Positions 34,761 to 48,044 of a DNA stretch of 64,000 bases are shown piece after piece. Both the position numbers and the translations under genes were made by a program. The DNA is from the human T2T-CHM13v2.0 reference genome, Homo sapiens: NCBI RefSeq assembly GCF_009914755.1, contig NC_060935.1. The stretch is one strand, 5' to 3'. Every line of letters starts with the position of its first letter. The stretch's first letter is position 1. Under the pieces are notes generated by a model. The model saw nothing but the letters and a program-made list of their open reading frames with translations. It ran no database searches and was not told the origin of the DNA.

Positions 34761-35401
34761 TGTTGTGTATCGGGCATAACCTCGTGCTCCCTGTCACATT
34801 CCTTCAACTACTTCCTTCTCTCCAAAGGCACCACTCGCCTCCCACTACTCTGGACCTCTGCTGACTTCCCTGAGTTGCCTGAAGTCAGAACTGAAGTCCT
34901 AGACCTGCATGGCCTACACATGCTCCCTTCTGCATAAAATTACTCCTCCACTTTCAGATAGAATGAAACATTTGCCATACCTACCACAAGGCATGAAATC
35001 TTGCTTCCTGAGCTGGTGCCAATGGACCAGATGATGCACCATGGAAGTTACACAGCAGAAGTGGAAGGGAATTATCTTCTTGTGGGGCAAACCTTGACAA
35101 ATGGGAAATAGGAGACAGAAGTGAGGCAAACAGATACGTTTTTCTCATTGTTCCCTTCCATTTTAAGGTGTGATTGCTCCTTGCAGCCATGCCAGAGAAC
35201 TCCCACGGCTGAAGGACACTACCTGCTAAGTCACCTGCCGTTTCTCATCATGGCTTGCTGGAAGCAGGGACCAACATTGTAACACATCATCCTGCCTCCA
35301 CTGACTTGTCTTCATTTTTCCCTTTCTAAGCTCCCAGAAAGAGAATCAGCACCTGAATCCTGACCCCAGGCTCTGCAATCTAGAGAACCTGGGCTAAGAC
35401 A
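34761..35401 (+). mobile_element. Old ERVL-type solo LTR (LTR16/33/41 group)
   Basis: TG start and typical end CCCAGGCTCTGC..GAGAACCTGGGCTAAGACA. Confidence 0.55.
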
Positions 35402-36184
35402 CAGTTAGCGAGATAAGCTATAAGTTGAATAGGATGTAAGATACAGAGAAAGACAATGTAGACAATATTTTCAAGAAATTCCCTTCCCTGTGAAGGAAGG
35501 GAAAAAAAGTGGATTTCGGGGAGGGAAAGGAAACAGGTCCCAAAATTGTTTAGAAGGTGCCTCTAAAGCTGATACAGGCTTTGGTTAAAATGTTGCTATA
35601 AGAAAGAACATTTAAATTCACTCTCCATTTAGACTACTTGAGCCAATAGGCTCTCAAGAGCAAGTGTTCTATTTTTCTGACGTTTCAATACGATGTAATG
35701 AGAAAGGGAATAAAAAGGAGGGTACCATAACAGAGTGAATAGGAATTAGATTTGAGAAAGGCAGAGTTGGACAAGGTAGAGAATTGTCAAATTAGAAGAT
35801 GAAAGGAATATTAAACATCCATGTTAGAGCAACTATTGATCCGGCTCAGACTCACATATTTGCTGTATTCCCTAGGTCAGGTTATCCAAAGAACATAGCA
35901 ATATCATTTTATTTATAGATGACTATCAAAAGTACTAGTAACATCCAGCAAAAACTATCATCCAAAGATGTCTATTTACTTTGCTACAACAGAACCAGCC
36001 TTTAACCCAATTCAACTTAACAAATATTTATTTGCCCCTGTCATGTGGGGGCTCTGTGAAAGTAGGGTGGTTGGGGACATAGGGACCCTTCTCAGATGAA
36101 TAAGATCCACTGGTAACCTAAAGATGACTATAATCTCAGAGTTAGAAATAAAATAGAGCACACTGATTATTATCATTGAAGGTC

Positions 36185-36782
36185 CGTGATGGTTAATTTT
36201 ATGTGTCAGCTTGATTGGGTTAAGAGATACCCAGATCACTGGTAAAACATGATTACTGGGTGTGTCTGTGAGGGTGTTTCCAGCAGAGATCAGCATTCCA
36301 ATCAGTAGACTGAGTAAAGAAGATCCCCTCACCAATGTGAGCAAGCGTCATCACATCTGGTGAGGTCCTGGATAGAACAAAAAATCAGAGGAAGGGTGCA
36401 TATGCTGTCTCTTTCTGGGACACCAACCCTCTCTCTTGCTCTAGGATATCAGAGCTCCAGATTCTCTGCCTTTGGACTCTGGGACTTACACCAGTGGCCT
36501 CCCAATTTCTCAGCCTTTGGCCTCTGGGACTTACACCAGTGGCCTCCCAGTTTCTCAGCCTTTGGCCTCGGACTTAGAGTAACACCATCAGCTTCCCTGG
36601 TTCTCAGGCCTTCAAACTCAGACTGAATTAACCACCTGCTCTCCTGGTTCTTCAGCTCGAAGACAGCATATCATGGGCCTTCTCAGCCTCTATAATTGCG
36701 TGAGTCAATTCCCATAATAAATCCCCTCTTATGTAGCTAAATATATTCTGTTGGTTCTGTTTCTCCAGTGAACCCTAATACA
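36185..36782 (+). mobile_element. MLT2 (ERVL) solo LTR
   Basis: GTGATGGTTAATTTTATGTGTCAGCTTGA..TGGGTGTGTCTGTGAGGGTGTTTCCAG..TTGGTTCTGTTTCTCCAGTGAACCCTAATACA. Confidence 0.92.
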
Positions 36783-37209
36783 AGATTGGATAAAACAAAA
36801 GCCATAAAGAAGATACAAACAAAATTCTAAGGAGGTCCTAAGCAGGGAGAGATTATGCTAGTGAAAAATAATTAAGAAAAACTTAATTGAGAGAGGTGAC
36901 ATGCTTCTTAAACATAATTTTAATAGTTGGATATGGGGGGAGGCTGGGCAGATATAAGAGTAAATCCAAAGACATGGAAGCAGGAAATAACAGAGTAGAA
37001 TTGAAGAATGATAGACTTTGACAGTTTTGAAGGATATATCCAAAGTACTTTTAGAACCCTAAATGTTCCTATGTACCACTATATCAAGAAATTTTTCTCA
37101 TAAAGTGCACACATGATGCTGAGTATATAGCTACCAAGCTACACGTGCTGTAAAGGATGGACCATTAGCTGGGCTAACTTAGCAACTAACTATGTGACTT
37201 GCTTTTTTT

Positions 37210-37350
37210 AAGTAACACTAGAAATTGATTTCTCCCAGTTCTGGAAGCTGGGAAGTCTGAGATCAGGGTGTTGCAGGGTCAGGTTCTGGTGAGGGACTTC
37301 TGGGTTGCAGGCCGCTGACCTCTCATTGCATCCTCACATGTTAAAGAGCA
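37210..37350 (-). mobile_element. MaLR LTR fragment (MLT1/MST)
   Basis: CAGTTCTGGAAGCTGGGAAGTCTGAGATCAGGGTG..GGTTCTGGTGAGGGAC. Confidence 0.7.
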
Positions 37351-37809
37351 GAGCCCACCAGCCTGCCTTTTCATGTCCATGTCCTAGTGTGCAGGATTCA
37401 GATTTAGGTCTCAGAAAAATGAACATGACCACCGTTTACTCAGGAATGGTAAAAGCCTTGAATGTTAAATCCATAAATATCTACTGCCCACAGCAGTTCC
37501 ATTTGGCTGCAGTGCTCAGCATGAATCATCCCAGAGATGAATCCTGCTTATTTTAAGATGAATGAGAACATTCTATCATTTGTTGGAAATTTCTTAATAT
37601 TTCTTCTACTTTGATGAATCACTTCTGCATGAACATACCCCATGTTTTGTCTTCTCTCCTATCCCACCTCTTAGCTAAAACAAAGGGAAAATGGATTTGC
37701 AGATCAAGAACTGGAGAGGCCCAGCCCTTCAGGAGGCCTCGTAGGCCTCTGCTGACCGTCAGAAGAGTGGCCCATAGTAGCTCCCCGACCATAGGTCAAG
37801 AAATACTGT

Positions 37810-38109
37810 CTTTCTTTTTTTTTTTTTTTTTTTTTTTTTTGAGATGCAGTCTCGCTCTTGTTGTCTAGGCGCAATCTCGGCTAATTGCAACCTCTACCTC
37901 CCAGGTTCAAGCGATTCTCGTGCCTCCGCCTCCTGAGTAGCTGGGATTACAGGTGCCCGCCACAACACCTGGCTAATTTTTGTATTTTTAGTAGAGATGG
38001 GATTTCACCATTTTGGCCAGGCTGGTCTCAAGCTCCTGCCCTCAGGTGATCCGCCCATCTTGGCCTCCCAAAGTGCTGGGATTACAAACGTGAGCCACCG
38101 TGCCCGGCC
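37810..38109 (-). mobile_element. Alu (AluS-type)
   Basis: Poly-T plus antisense dimer; flanks share GAAATACT. Confidence 0.95.
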
Positions 38110-38233
38110 TGAAATACTCTTTTAAGTACAAGCCTTAGAGATAAGCATGACCTTACAGTACTGACTGGGGGAAAAAACCTCTAACCTTGGTCACATCCCA
38201 GTTTCTCTCTCCTGCTGCCTCTGGCAGCCTTTA

Positions 38234-38484
<251 letters not shown>

Positions 38485-38581
38485 TTAAGATTGCACAAAA
38501 AAGCAATGACAAAAACAACAGCAAAAAAACACAAAACCGTGGTCTCCACTGCTTGACTCACTGCCAGAAATAGTAGGCACT

Positions 38582-38870
38582 GGCCAGGCACAGTGGCTCA
38601 CGCCTGTAATCCCCACACTTTGGGAGGCCAAGGCAGGCAGATCACTGGAGGTCAGGAGTTCAAGACCAGCCTGGCCAACATGGTGAAACCCCGTCTCTAC
38701 TAAAAATACAAAAATTAGCTGGGCATGATGACATGCACCTGTAATCCCAGCTACTCAGAAGGCTGTGGCAGGAAAATCATTTGAACCCGGGAGGCGGAGG
38801 TTGTACTGCACTCTAGCCTGGGCGATAGAGTGAGACTCCATCTCAAAAAAAAAAAAAAAAAAAAAAAAAA
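38582..38870 (+). mobile_element. Alu (AluSx-type)
   Basis: Dimer; TSD AGTAGGCACT. Confidence 0.95.
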
Positions 38871-39354
38871 GTAGGCACTGAAAGAACAAAACCAGGAAGA
38901 ACCTTTGTCCACCAAGCAAAGCCCTGATGAATAACTGACTAACTGAAGCCTAACTAGGTTTTCAGAAGCTGCAACTGAGGGCTTCAGCAGGCAGGAGCCA
39001 TGATCAGAGCACTGAGGATTTGAGAAGAAATAAGAACCGATTCGACTCATGGCCACTATCTTGAGATACTAATACTGCAAATCCAATTCTGACAAAAACC
39101 TCCAAAACCAAAAAGACACTGTCCTACTTATTAGAAAAATAGTTTTCTATCCTCTTGGTGTTGTAACACATTGAATGGATACTGCAAAAAGAATTAAAGC
39201 TGTGCTTCAGCAGATTGCTTAAATCATGAATTAAAAAGGGAGAAAACATTTTTTTTTCAGTAATCCTTGAACTTCATCTCTAAAGGCCTTAAAATATGTA
39301 AATTGACAGACTATTGGTCAGCCGTTAAATGTGATCCTTAGGAAGGCTACATAG

Positions 39355-39889
<535 letters not shown>

Positions 39890-39899
39890 GGCTACATAG

Positions 39900-40205
<306 letters not shown>

Positions 40206-40405
40206 CTACATAGAAACATGAGTAAATGATCCTTAAATAATGTTGAGTGAAAATAATCAAAATAATAGCCTACGTTTATTTACGATAGAATTTACAAAGA
40301 AAAATATGTACTATGAGTATGAATTACAATGAAAATAGTTGTATTAGAATACGAGACTTGGGGTAATCTTTTTTATTTTCTTGAAAATTTTCTTTGATAT
40401 TCTTA

Positions 40406-40790
<385 letters not shown>

Positions 40791-41011
40791 AACTAATGAA
40801 TACCCAAATTACACATGATTACATATGAAATATTGATTTTCATGTGCTCTGTCCCGTGTCCAAGTTTATAACAGAAAGTATTGATGGGAAATTTGACTTT
40901 TATGAGAAACCACAAGTAAATCACTCTAAAAATATAAGTTTTTTAAAAAGCTGAAAATGAGGGATTTGGGTGTGAAAGTGTAAAAAGAAAACCTAACTTA
41001 AAGCAATATGT

Positions 41012-41318
<307 letters not shown>

Positions 41319-41399
41319 AGCAATATTTATATCAGACACAGGACAGGAGGGGACCATGTTGTCCCTTCTGCTGTTCTAGGGAGCCCCATGCAAGGCTCA

Positions 41400-41630
41400 C
41401 AGTGTGGTGGTTTTGCAGTTGGGGACCTCTGTATCCAGACTCCAGCTCCATCACTTCCTGGCTGTTGGTCCTTGGTCCAGTTATTAAGCTCTCTAATCCT
41501 CAGCTTCCTCCTTTGTAAAGTGGAGATGGAGATAACCTATCTCATTAGATAGTCTTAAACAGTATAAGGCATGTAAAGCAAGCACCTAGCACCTTGCCTA
41601 ATAGGCAACTCTTCAGTAAATGCTAGTTCC
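41400..41630. mobile_element. MIR
   Basis: CCAGCTCCATCACTTCCTGGCTG..CCTCAGCTTCCTCCTTTGTAAAGTGGAGATG. Confidence 0.75.
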
Positions 41631-41667
41631 CTTGTCTCTCCAATCTCTTCTCAAAAATGTACCATGT

Positions 41668-41982
<315 letters not shown>

Positions 41983-42253
41983 CTACCTGTGACTGAGTTA
42001 GTCATCAGGTTATTAGGGATTTATCACTTATTGACTGCCCACTAGCAGACTCAGTGCCTGTAACATAGTAGGCTCCAAGTAAAGATATGTTTGATGGATG
42101 GACAAATGGATGGATGGATGGATGGATGACTCAATCTCTGTCTTTAGATCCCTAGAAGAAGAGACACTTGTTTGTTCTATATATACATTTTTTCATTTCT
42201 TTTAATTTTTTAATTTTTTATTTTTGTGGGTACATAGTCAGTGTATATATTTG

Positions 42254-42439
42254 TTTCCTTCCCTCCCTTCCTTCCGTTCCTTTGTTCCTTCCTTCCTTCC
42301 TCTCTTTCTCTCTCCCTTCCTTCCCTTCCCTTCCTCCTTCCCTCCCTCCTTCCCTTCCCTTCCCCTTCCTTCCTTCCTTCCTTCCTCTCTCTCTCTTTCT
42401 TTCTTTCTTTCTCTTTCTTTCTCTCTCTCTCTTTCTTTC

Positions 42440-42442
<3 letters not shown>
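42254..42442. repeat. Polypyrimidine low-complexity tract (CCTT/CT/CTTT), expanded Alu tail
   Basis: About 190 bp, almost all C/T. Confidence 0.95.
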
Positions 42443-43049
<607 letters not shown>

Positions 43050-43497
43050 TCTTTGTTATTTTGATCAGAGAAAGTGGGTTTGGCTAAACGAAGTCCAGGC
43101 TCTTGGGGAGAAGCCCTTGGGAAGAATAGAAGTGAAAAGGAGGCTTCTCTGAGCCAGTCAAACGCTCTCCAGATCTTCAGACTCTGCTGTTCTCACATCC
43201 CTAGGCCCAGATACACTTAGTTTCTTTCTGGAGTAGGTAGAAGCTACAAGGAAGCAGTTTTCACATAAAATCAAGAACGATATTCTAATAAACTGACCAC
43301 ACATGGAAAAAGTGCTTCGAAAAAAGGGAGTTTCTCATCACCAGCCCCTGAGATGGAAGAAATATTGCCATAGTTGTTGTTATGTCAGGGAGGGAATTCT
43401 AGCTTTGAATTGGTAGTTAGATGAGAAAAACTCCTTCCAGCCTGAGATTTTGTGACTTCATTTATGAGACACTCACGCTCTCACAACTAGGCTTTCG

Positions 43498-43513
43498 ACT
43501 GCCACCTAGAGGC
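43498..43513 (-). promoter_or_regulatory. Candidate CTCF motif
   Basis: Minus strand GCCTCTAGGTGGCAGT fits the CTCF core CC(A/T)CNAG(G/A)(G/T)GGC(A/G); motif only, no occupancy data. Confidence 0.45.
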
Positions 43514-43979
43514 TTACTTATGGAAAAGAGAATAAATATTACTACAAATCTGAACCCGAAGAGAACGCTGTTCTTTTTCATTTTGAATTTTCAACTCCGC
43601 TTGGGCCTACAGGCATCCCTTCCCTAGGTATTTCTAAGGGCAGAATCTCATAACAGACTAAATGTTATGCTCTTGCAATATCAACACAACTCAACACAGC
43701 TACAGGGCAAGGACAGAAACACAGAGGAAGCGTCTTCTCTTTCTCAGCCTCAGAGATAAGGAAGCAAGTAATATACACGACAAAATAAATTACAATGTGA
43801 GTTAGACTTTGCCAAACAGCTAATGCAGGTGATTATTGCCATGAAAGTTGAGTCAATGAAGGGATCCCTGTGGTCTGGGGTGGAAGGGCTTTTGGGGAGG
43901 GAGTAGAATTAGAGCTAGCTCTTGATGAAGAAATAACCTGGGGAAGGTAAGATGGAGCAGGAACAGATGGAGGTGAGTG

Positions 43980-44175
43980 TAGCTAAACAGCGTAGGCTTT
44001 GGAGTCCAAAAGACTGCATCAAATTCTGAACTGTCTTCACTAGCTGTGACTTTAGCTACTCTCTTAAAGTCTCTGAGCAGCAGCTTCCTCCTCTTATAAT
44101 GGGGATATGCTCACCTTTCTTGAAAGCATGTTGTTTGGATTAGAGATAATATATGTAAAGTAGCACAATAATAAA
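43980..44175. mobile_element. MIR
   Basis: GGCTTTGGAGTC..TCACTAGCTGTGACTTT..TCTCTGAGC..TGTAAAGTAGCAC. Confidence 0.7.
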
Positions 44176-44284
44176 CACTCACATTGTTGTTGGCATTGCT
44201 GTGGATTAGACACCGGGGTGGACCTGGTATGGGCTGAGCCTTTGTGGAAGCACATGAAGTGAGGCCAAGGCAGTGTCGAGTGCT

Positions 44285-44443
44285 GAGAGAACCCATGACT
44301 AGGAGTCAGCAGACCTCAGTTTGAGTTCTTGATTTCATGTCACCAGGCAAATCACTTTCATTTTCTCCAGGCTTGTCTTTCGCATCTGTACAGTGAGGGT
44401 ATTGGTCTGGAGAAATAATTCTCTACCCTGGCTACTTAGTACA
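44285..44443. mobile_element. MIR fragment plus left end of a MER5A-type element (pre-integration host of the ERV complex)
   Basis: GGCAAATCACTT..CATCTGTACAGTGAGGG then TTCTCTACCCTGGCTAC; the rest continues at 51569-52020. Confidence 0.55.
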
Positions 44444-44640
44444 TGAGGAGACTGAAAATCACCTGGTGACCATTGAACAGGCCCCAGAGAAAAAGCTCCT
44501 TACCTGAGAATTTAGAATTTAGAAGGGAGCAAATAGCACCTGGTGACCATCAAACAGGCCATCCAGAGGCAAAACTCCTTATCTGGGGAAAATTAGATGT
44601 AATTAGACTTCCCTACTTTCCAAAGCAGGTATCTGGTTCC
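44444..44640 (+). mobile_element. Older ERV1 5' LTR, U3 part only (MER84-like by recall)
   Basis: Homologous to 50833-51000 and 51258-51290: TGAGGAGA(C/G)TGAAAATCACCTGGTGACCA..GGCAAAACTCCTTATCTGGG..AATTAGACTTCCCT. Confidence 0.85.
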
Positions 44641-44662
44641 TCTGGTTTTTGGTAAAAGATGT

Positions 44663-45070
44663 GCTCTGGATTACCTCCTAGCTGAAGAGGGAGGAGTCTT
44701 TGCTGTCATCAACAAAACCTGTTGCACCTACATTAATGTGTCCAGAGAAGTGGAAACTGATGTCCAAGAAATTTTCAAACAAGCTAAATGACTACACACA
44801 CTTTCCCAAAGTAACCAAGACTGGACCAAAACTTTTACTAATTGGTTTCCAAAAATCACTTGGCTTCTCCCATTCCTTGGACCTTTGTTCCTTGTCATTC
44901 TTCTTTTAATATCTGATCCCTGCTTTTTTTTTTTAACATGCTCATTAAATTTATATCTTCCAGATTGCAAAGATTCCACCTACAGATGGCTATGCAATCC
45001 CAATACCAGCCTGTAACAGCAACTTCCATTTGCATGGGGCCTTTTGATGGAACCCGGTTTTCCCTGTCCT
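44663..45070 (+). pseudogene. env: Older ERV1 env TM remnant
   Basis: Frame from 44663 reads ALDYLLAEEGGVFAVINKTCCTYIN (ISD and degenerate CX6CC), an in-frame stop, then WLLPFLGPLFLVILLLI (membrane anchor). Confidence 0.88.
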
Positions 45071-45221
45071 GAACGAGTTTTTCGTGACCCTTCATTCCCT
45101 TCATGACAGAGCAAGAAAGGAAAAAATGCAACCTATCCCTTCAATGCCCCCTTTCAGCAGGAAGTAACCAGACTCCACACTCCTCTTCACTGTGGTGTTT
45201 TCCCTTTCTTGAGACCCCAAT

Positions 45222-45663
45222 TGTCAGGCCTGAGCCCAAGCTAAGTGATCATATCCCCTGCGACCTGCACATATATATCCAGATGGCCTGAAGCAACTGA
45301 AGAACCACAAAAGAAGTGAAAATAGCCAGTTCCTGCCTTAACTGATGGCATTCCACCACTGTGATTTGTTCCTGCCCCACCCTAACTGACCAATTGACCT
45401 TGTGACATTCCTTCTCCGGGGCAATGAATCTCAGGAGCTCCCCACCAAGCATCTTGTGACCCCCACTCCTGCCCACAAGAGAACAACCCCCTTTAACTGT
45501 AATTTTCCACTACCTACCCAAATCCTATAAAACTGTCCCACCCCATCTCTCTCCCTTTGCTGACTCCTTTTTCAGATTCGCCCACCTACGCCCAGGTGAT
45601 TAAAAAGCTTTATTGCTCACACAAAGACTGTTTGGTGGTCTCTTCACACGGACGCATGTAACA
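45222..45663 (+). promoter_or_regulatory. 5' LTR7 (LTR7C-like) with TATAAAA at 45526-45532 and ATTAAA at 45599-45604
   Basis: TGTCAGGCC..CCAAGCTAAG..GGTGGTCTCTTCACACGGACGCATGTAACA. Confidence 0.93.
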
Positions 45664-45665
45664 TT

Positions 45666-45684
45666 TGGTGCTGAAGACCTGGGA
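45666..45684 (+). other. Primer-binding site, tRNA-Phe-like
   Basis: TGGTGCTGAAGACCTGGGA resembles Phe PBS TGGTGCCGAAACCCGGGA (two CpG-type transitions and one extra G) more than His PBS TGGTGCCGTGACTCGGAT. Confidence 0.8.
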
Positions 45685-45799
45685 CAGGGGGATTCCTTCA
45701 GGAGACTGGTCCCCTGTCCTCGCCCTCACTCCTTGAGGAGATCCACCTACGACCTTGGGTCCTGAAATCAGCCCAAGGAACATCTCACCAATTTCAAAT

Positions 45800-45808
45800 C
45801 AGGTAAGT
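45800..45808 (+). promoter_or_regulatory. HERV-H major splice donor
   Basis: Perfect CAG|GTAAGT about 140 bp downstream of the 5' LTR. Confidence 0.8.
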
Positions 45809-45970
45809 GGTCTCTTCACTCTCTTCTCCAGCCTCTCTCACTACCCTTCAGTCTCCCTGTGCTTCCAATTCCAGCTCTTTTTCCTCTCTAGCAGAGACAA
45901 AGGAGACACATTTTATCCGTGAACTCAAAAACTCCAACGTCGGTCACAAATTTAGGAAGACAGTCTTCCC

Positions 45971-46110
45971 TTGGTGTCTGATCACTGCAGGGATGCCTGC
46001 CTTGATCATTCACCCACATTCCATTGGTGTCTGATCACTGCGGGGATGCCTGCCTTGGTCATTTACCCACATTTCCTTGGTGGTAAGTCAACTGTGGGGA
46101 TGCCTGCTTT
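45971..46110 (+). repeat. HERV-H leader 53-bp tandem repeats (about 2.6 copies)
   Basis: TTGGTG..CTG(C/T)(A/G)GGGATGCCTGC units at 45971, 46024 and 46077. Confidence 0.85.
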
Positions 46111-46200
46111 GGCTGCTCACCCATATTACAGCCCAGGGCTGCTCACCCCTGCCCTCCACCCTGTGTCTCTACCTTTCTCTTTAGACTTACCTCCTTCACT

Positions 46201-47458
46201 ATGGGCAACTTTCTGCCCTCCATTCCCCCTTCTTCTCCCTTAGCCTGTGTTCTTAAAAACCTAAAACCCCTTCAACTAACACCTGACCTAAAACCTAAAC
46301 ATCTTATTTTCTTCTGTAATACCACTTGGCCCCAATACAAACTCGAAAATAGTTCCAAGTGGCCAGAGAATGGCACTTTCGATTTGTCTATCCTACAAGA
46401 CCTAGATAATTTTTGTCGAAAATTGGGCAAATGGTCTGAGGTGCCTGACGTCTAAGCATTCTTTACACATTGGTCCCTCCCTAGTCTCTGCTCCCAATAT
46501 GACTCGTCCCAAATCTTTCTTCTTTCTCTCCTGTCTGTTCCTTCAGGCTCCACCCCAAGCTCTGAGCCCTTTGAATCCTTCTTTTCTACAGACCCATCTG
46601 ACCTTTCCCCATTCCCCAGGCTGCTCCTCGCCAGGCCAAGCCAGATCTCAATTCTTCCTCAGCCTCTGCTCCTCCACCCTATAATCCTTCTATCACCTCC
46701 CCTCCTCACACCCGGTCCGGCTTACAGTTTCGTTCCGTGGCTAGCCCTCCCCTACCTGCCCAACAATTTCCTCTTACAGAGGTGGCTGGAGCTGAAGGCA
46801 TAGTCAAGGTTAATGCTCCTTTTTCTTTATCCGACCTCTCCCAAATCAGTTAGCGTTTAGGCTCTTTTTCATCAAATATAAAAACCCAGCCCAGTCCATG
46901 GCCTGTTTGGCAACAACCCTTAGACACTTTACCACCCTAGATCCAGAGGGGCCAGAAGGCCGTCTTATTCTTAATATGCATTTTATTATCCAATCCACTC
47001 CTGACATTAGAAAAAGCTCCAAAAATTAGATTCCGGCCCTCAAACCCCACAACAGGACTTAATTAACCTTGCCTTCAAGGTGTACAATAATAGAGAAGAG
47101 GCAGCCGAGCGGCAGTGTATTTCTCAATTGCAATTACTTGCCTCCACTGTGAGAGAAACCCCAGCCACATCTCCAGCACATAAGAACTTCAAAACGCCTA
47201 AACCATAGCAGTCAGGCATTCCTCCTGGACTTTTTCCCCCAGGATCTTGCTCCAAGTGCTGGAAATCTGGCCAGTGGGCCAAGGAATGCCCACAGCCTGG
47301 GATTCCTCCTAAGCCATGTCCCATCTGTGCAGGACCCCACTGGAAATCAGACTGTCCAACTTGCCCAGCAGCCATTCCTAGAGCCCCTGGAACTCTGGCC
47401 CAAGGCTCTCTGACTGACTCCTTCCCAGATCTTCTCGGCTTATCAGCTGAGGACTGAC
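46201..47458 (+). pseudogene. gag: HERV-H gag (disrupted)
   Basis: Myristoylation-type MGN start; FFCNTTWPQYKL..WPENGTFD; knuckles [14 protein letters not shown] and [13 protein letters not shown]; several stops; terminal GAC TGA. Confidence 0.92.
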
Positions 47459-47872
47459 GCTGCCCAATCGCCTCGCAAGCCTCCTGGACCATCACAGACA
47501 CTTCAGGTAACTGCTACAGTGGAGGGTAAGTCCATCCCTTTCTTAATTGATAAGGAGGCTACCCACTCCACATTACCTTCTTTTCAAGGGCCTGTTTCCC
47601 TTGCCTCCATAACTGTTGTGGGTATTGACGGCCAGGCTTCTAAACCTCTTAAAACTCCCCCACTCTGGTGCCAACTTGGACAACATTCTTTTATGCACTC
47701 TTTTTTAGTTATCCCCACCTGCCCAGTTCCCTTATTAGGCCGAGTCATTTTAACCAAATTATCTACTTCCCTGACTATTCCTGGGCTACAGCCACATCTC
47801 ATTGCTGCACTTTTACCCAACTCAAGGCCTCTTTTACATCCTCCCCTTGTATCTCCCTACCTTAATCCATAA
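47459..47872 (+). pseudogene. pro: HERV-H protease (active-site motifs mutated)
   Basis: FLIDKEATHS (canonical DTGA) and LLGRVIL (canonical LLGRDIL). Confidence 0.88.
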
Positions 47873-48044
47873 TTATGGGATACCTCTACTCCCTCCTTGG
47901 TGACCAATCATGCATACCTTATCATCCTGTTAAAACCTAATCACCCTTACCCCACTCAATGCCAATATCCCATCCCATGGCATGCTTTAAAAGGGTTACA
48001 ACTCCCCTATCCTACCTGTCCAAAAACTGGACAAGTCTTGCAGG

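Noticed and set aside
45971-46110. Spaced 53-bp repeats, superficially array- or CRISPR-like
   Set aside because: Normal HERV-H leader repeats with no unique spacers, in a eukaryotic context.
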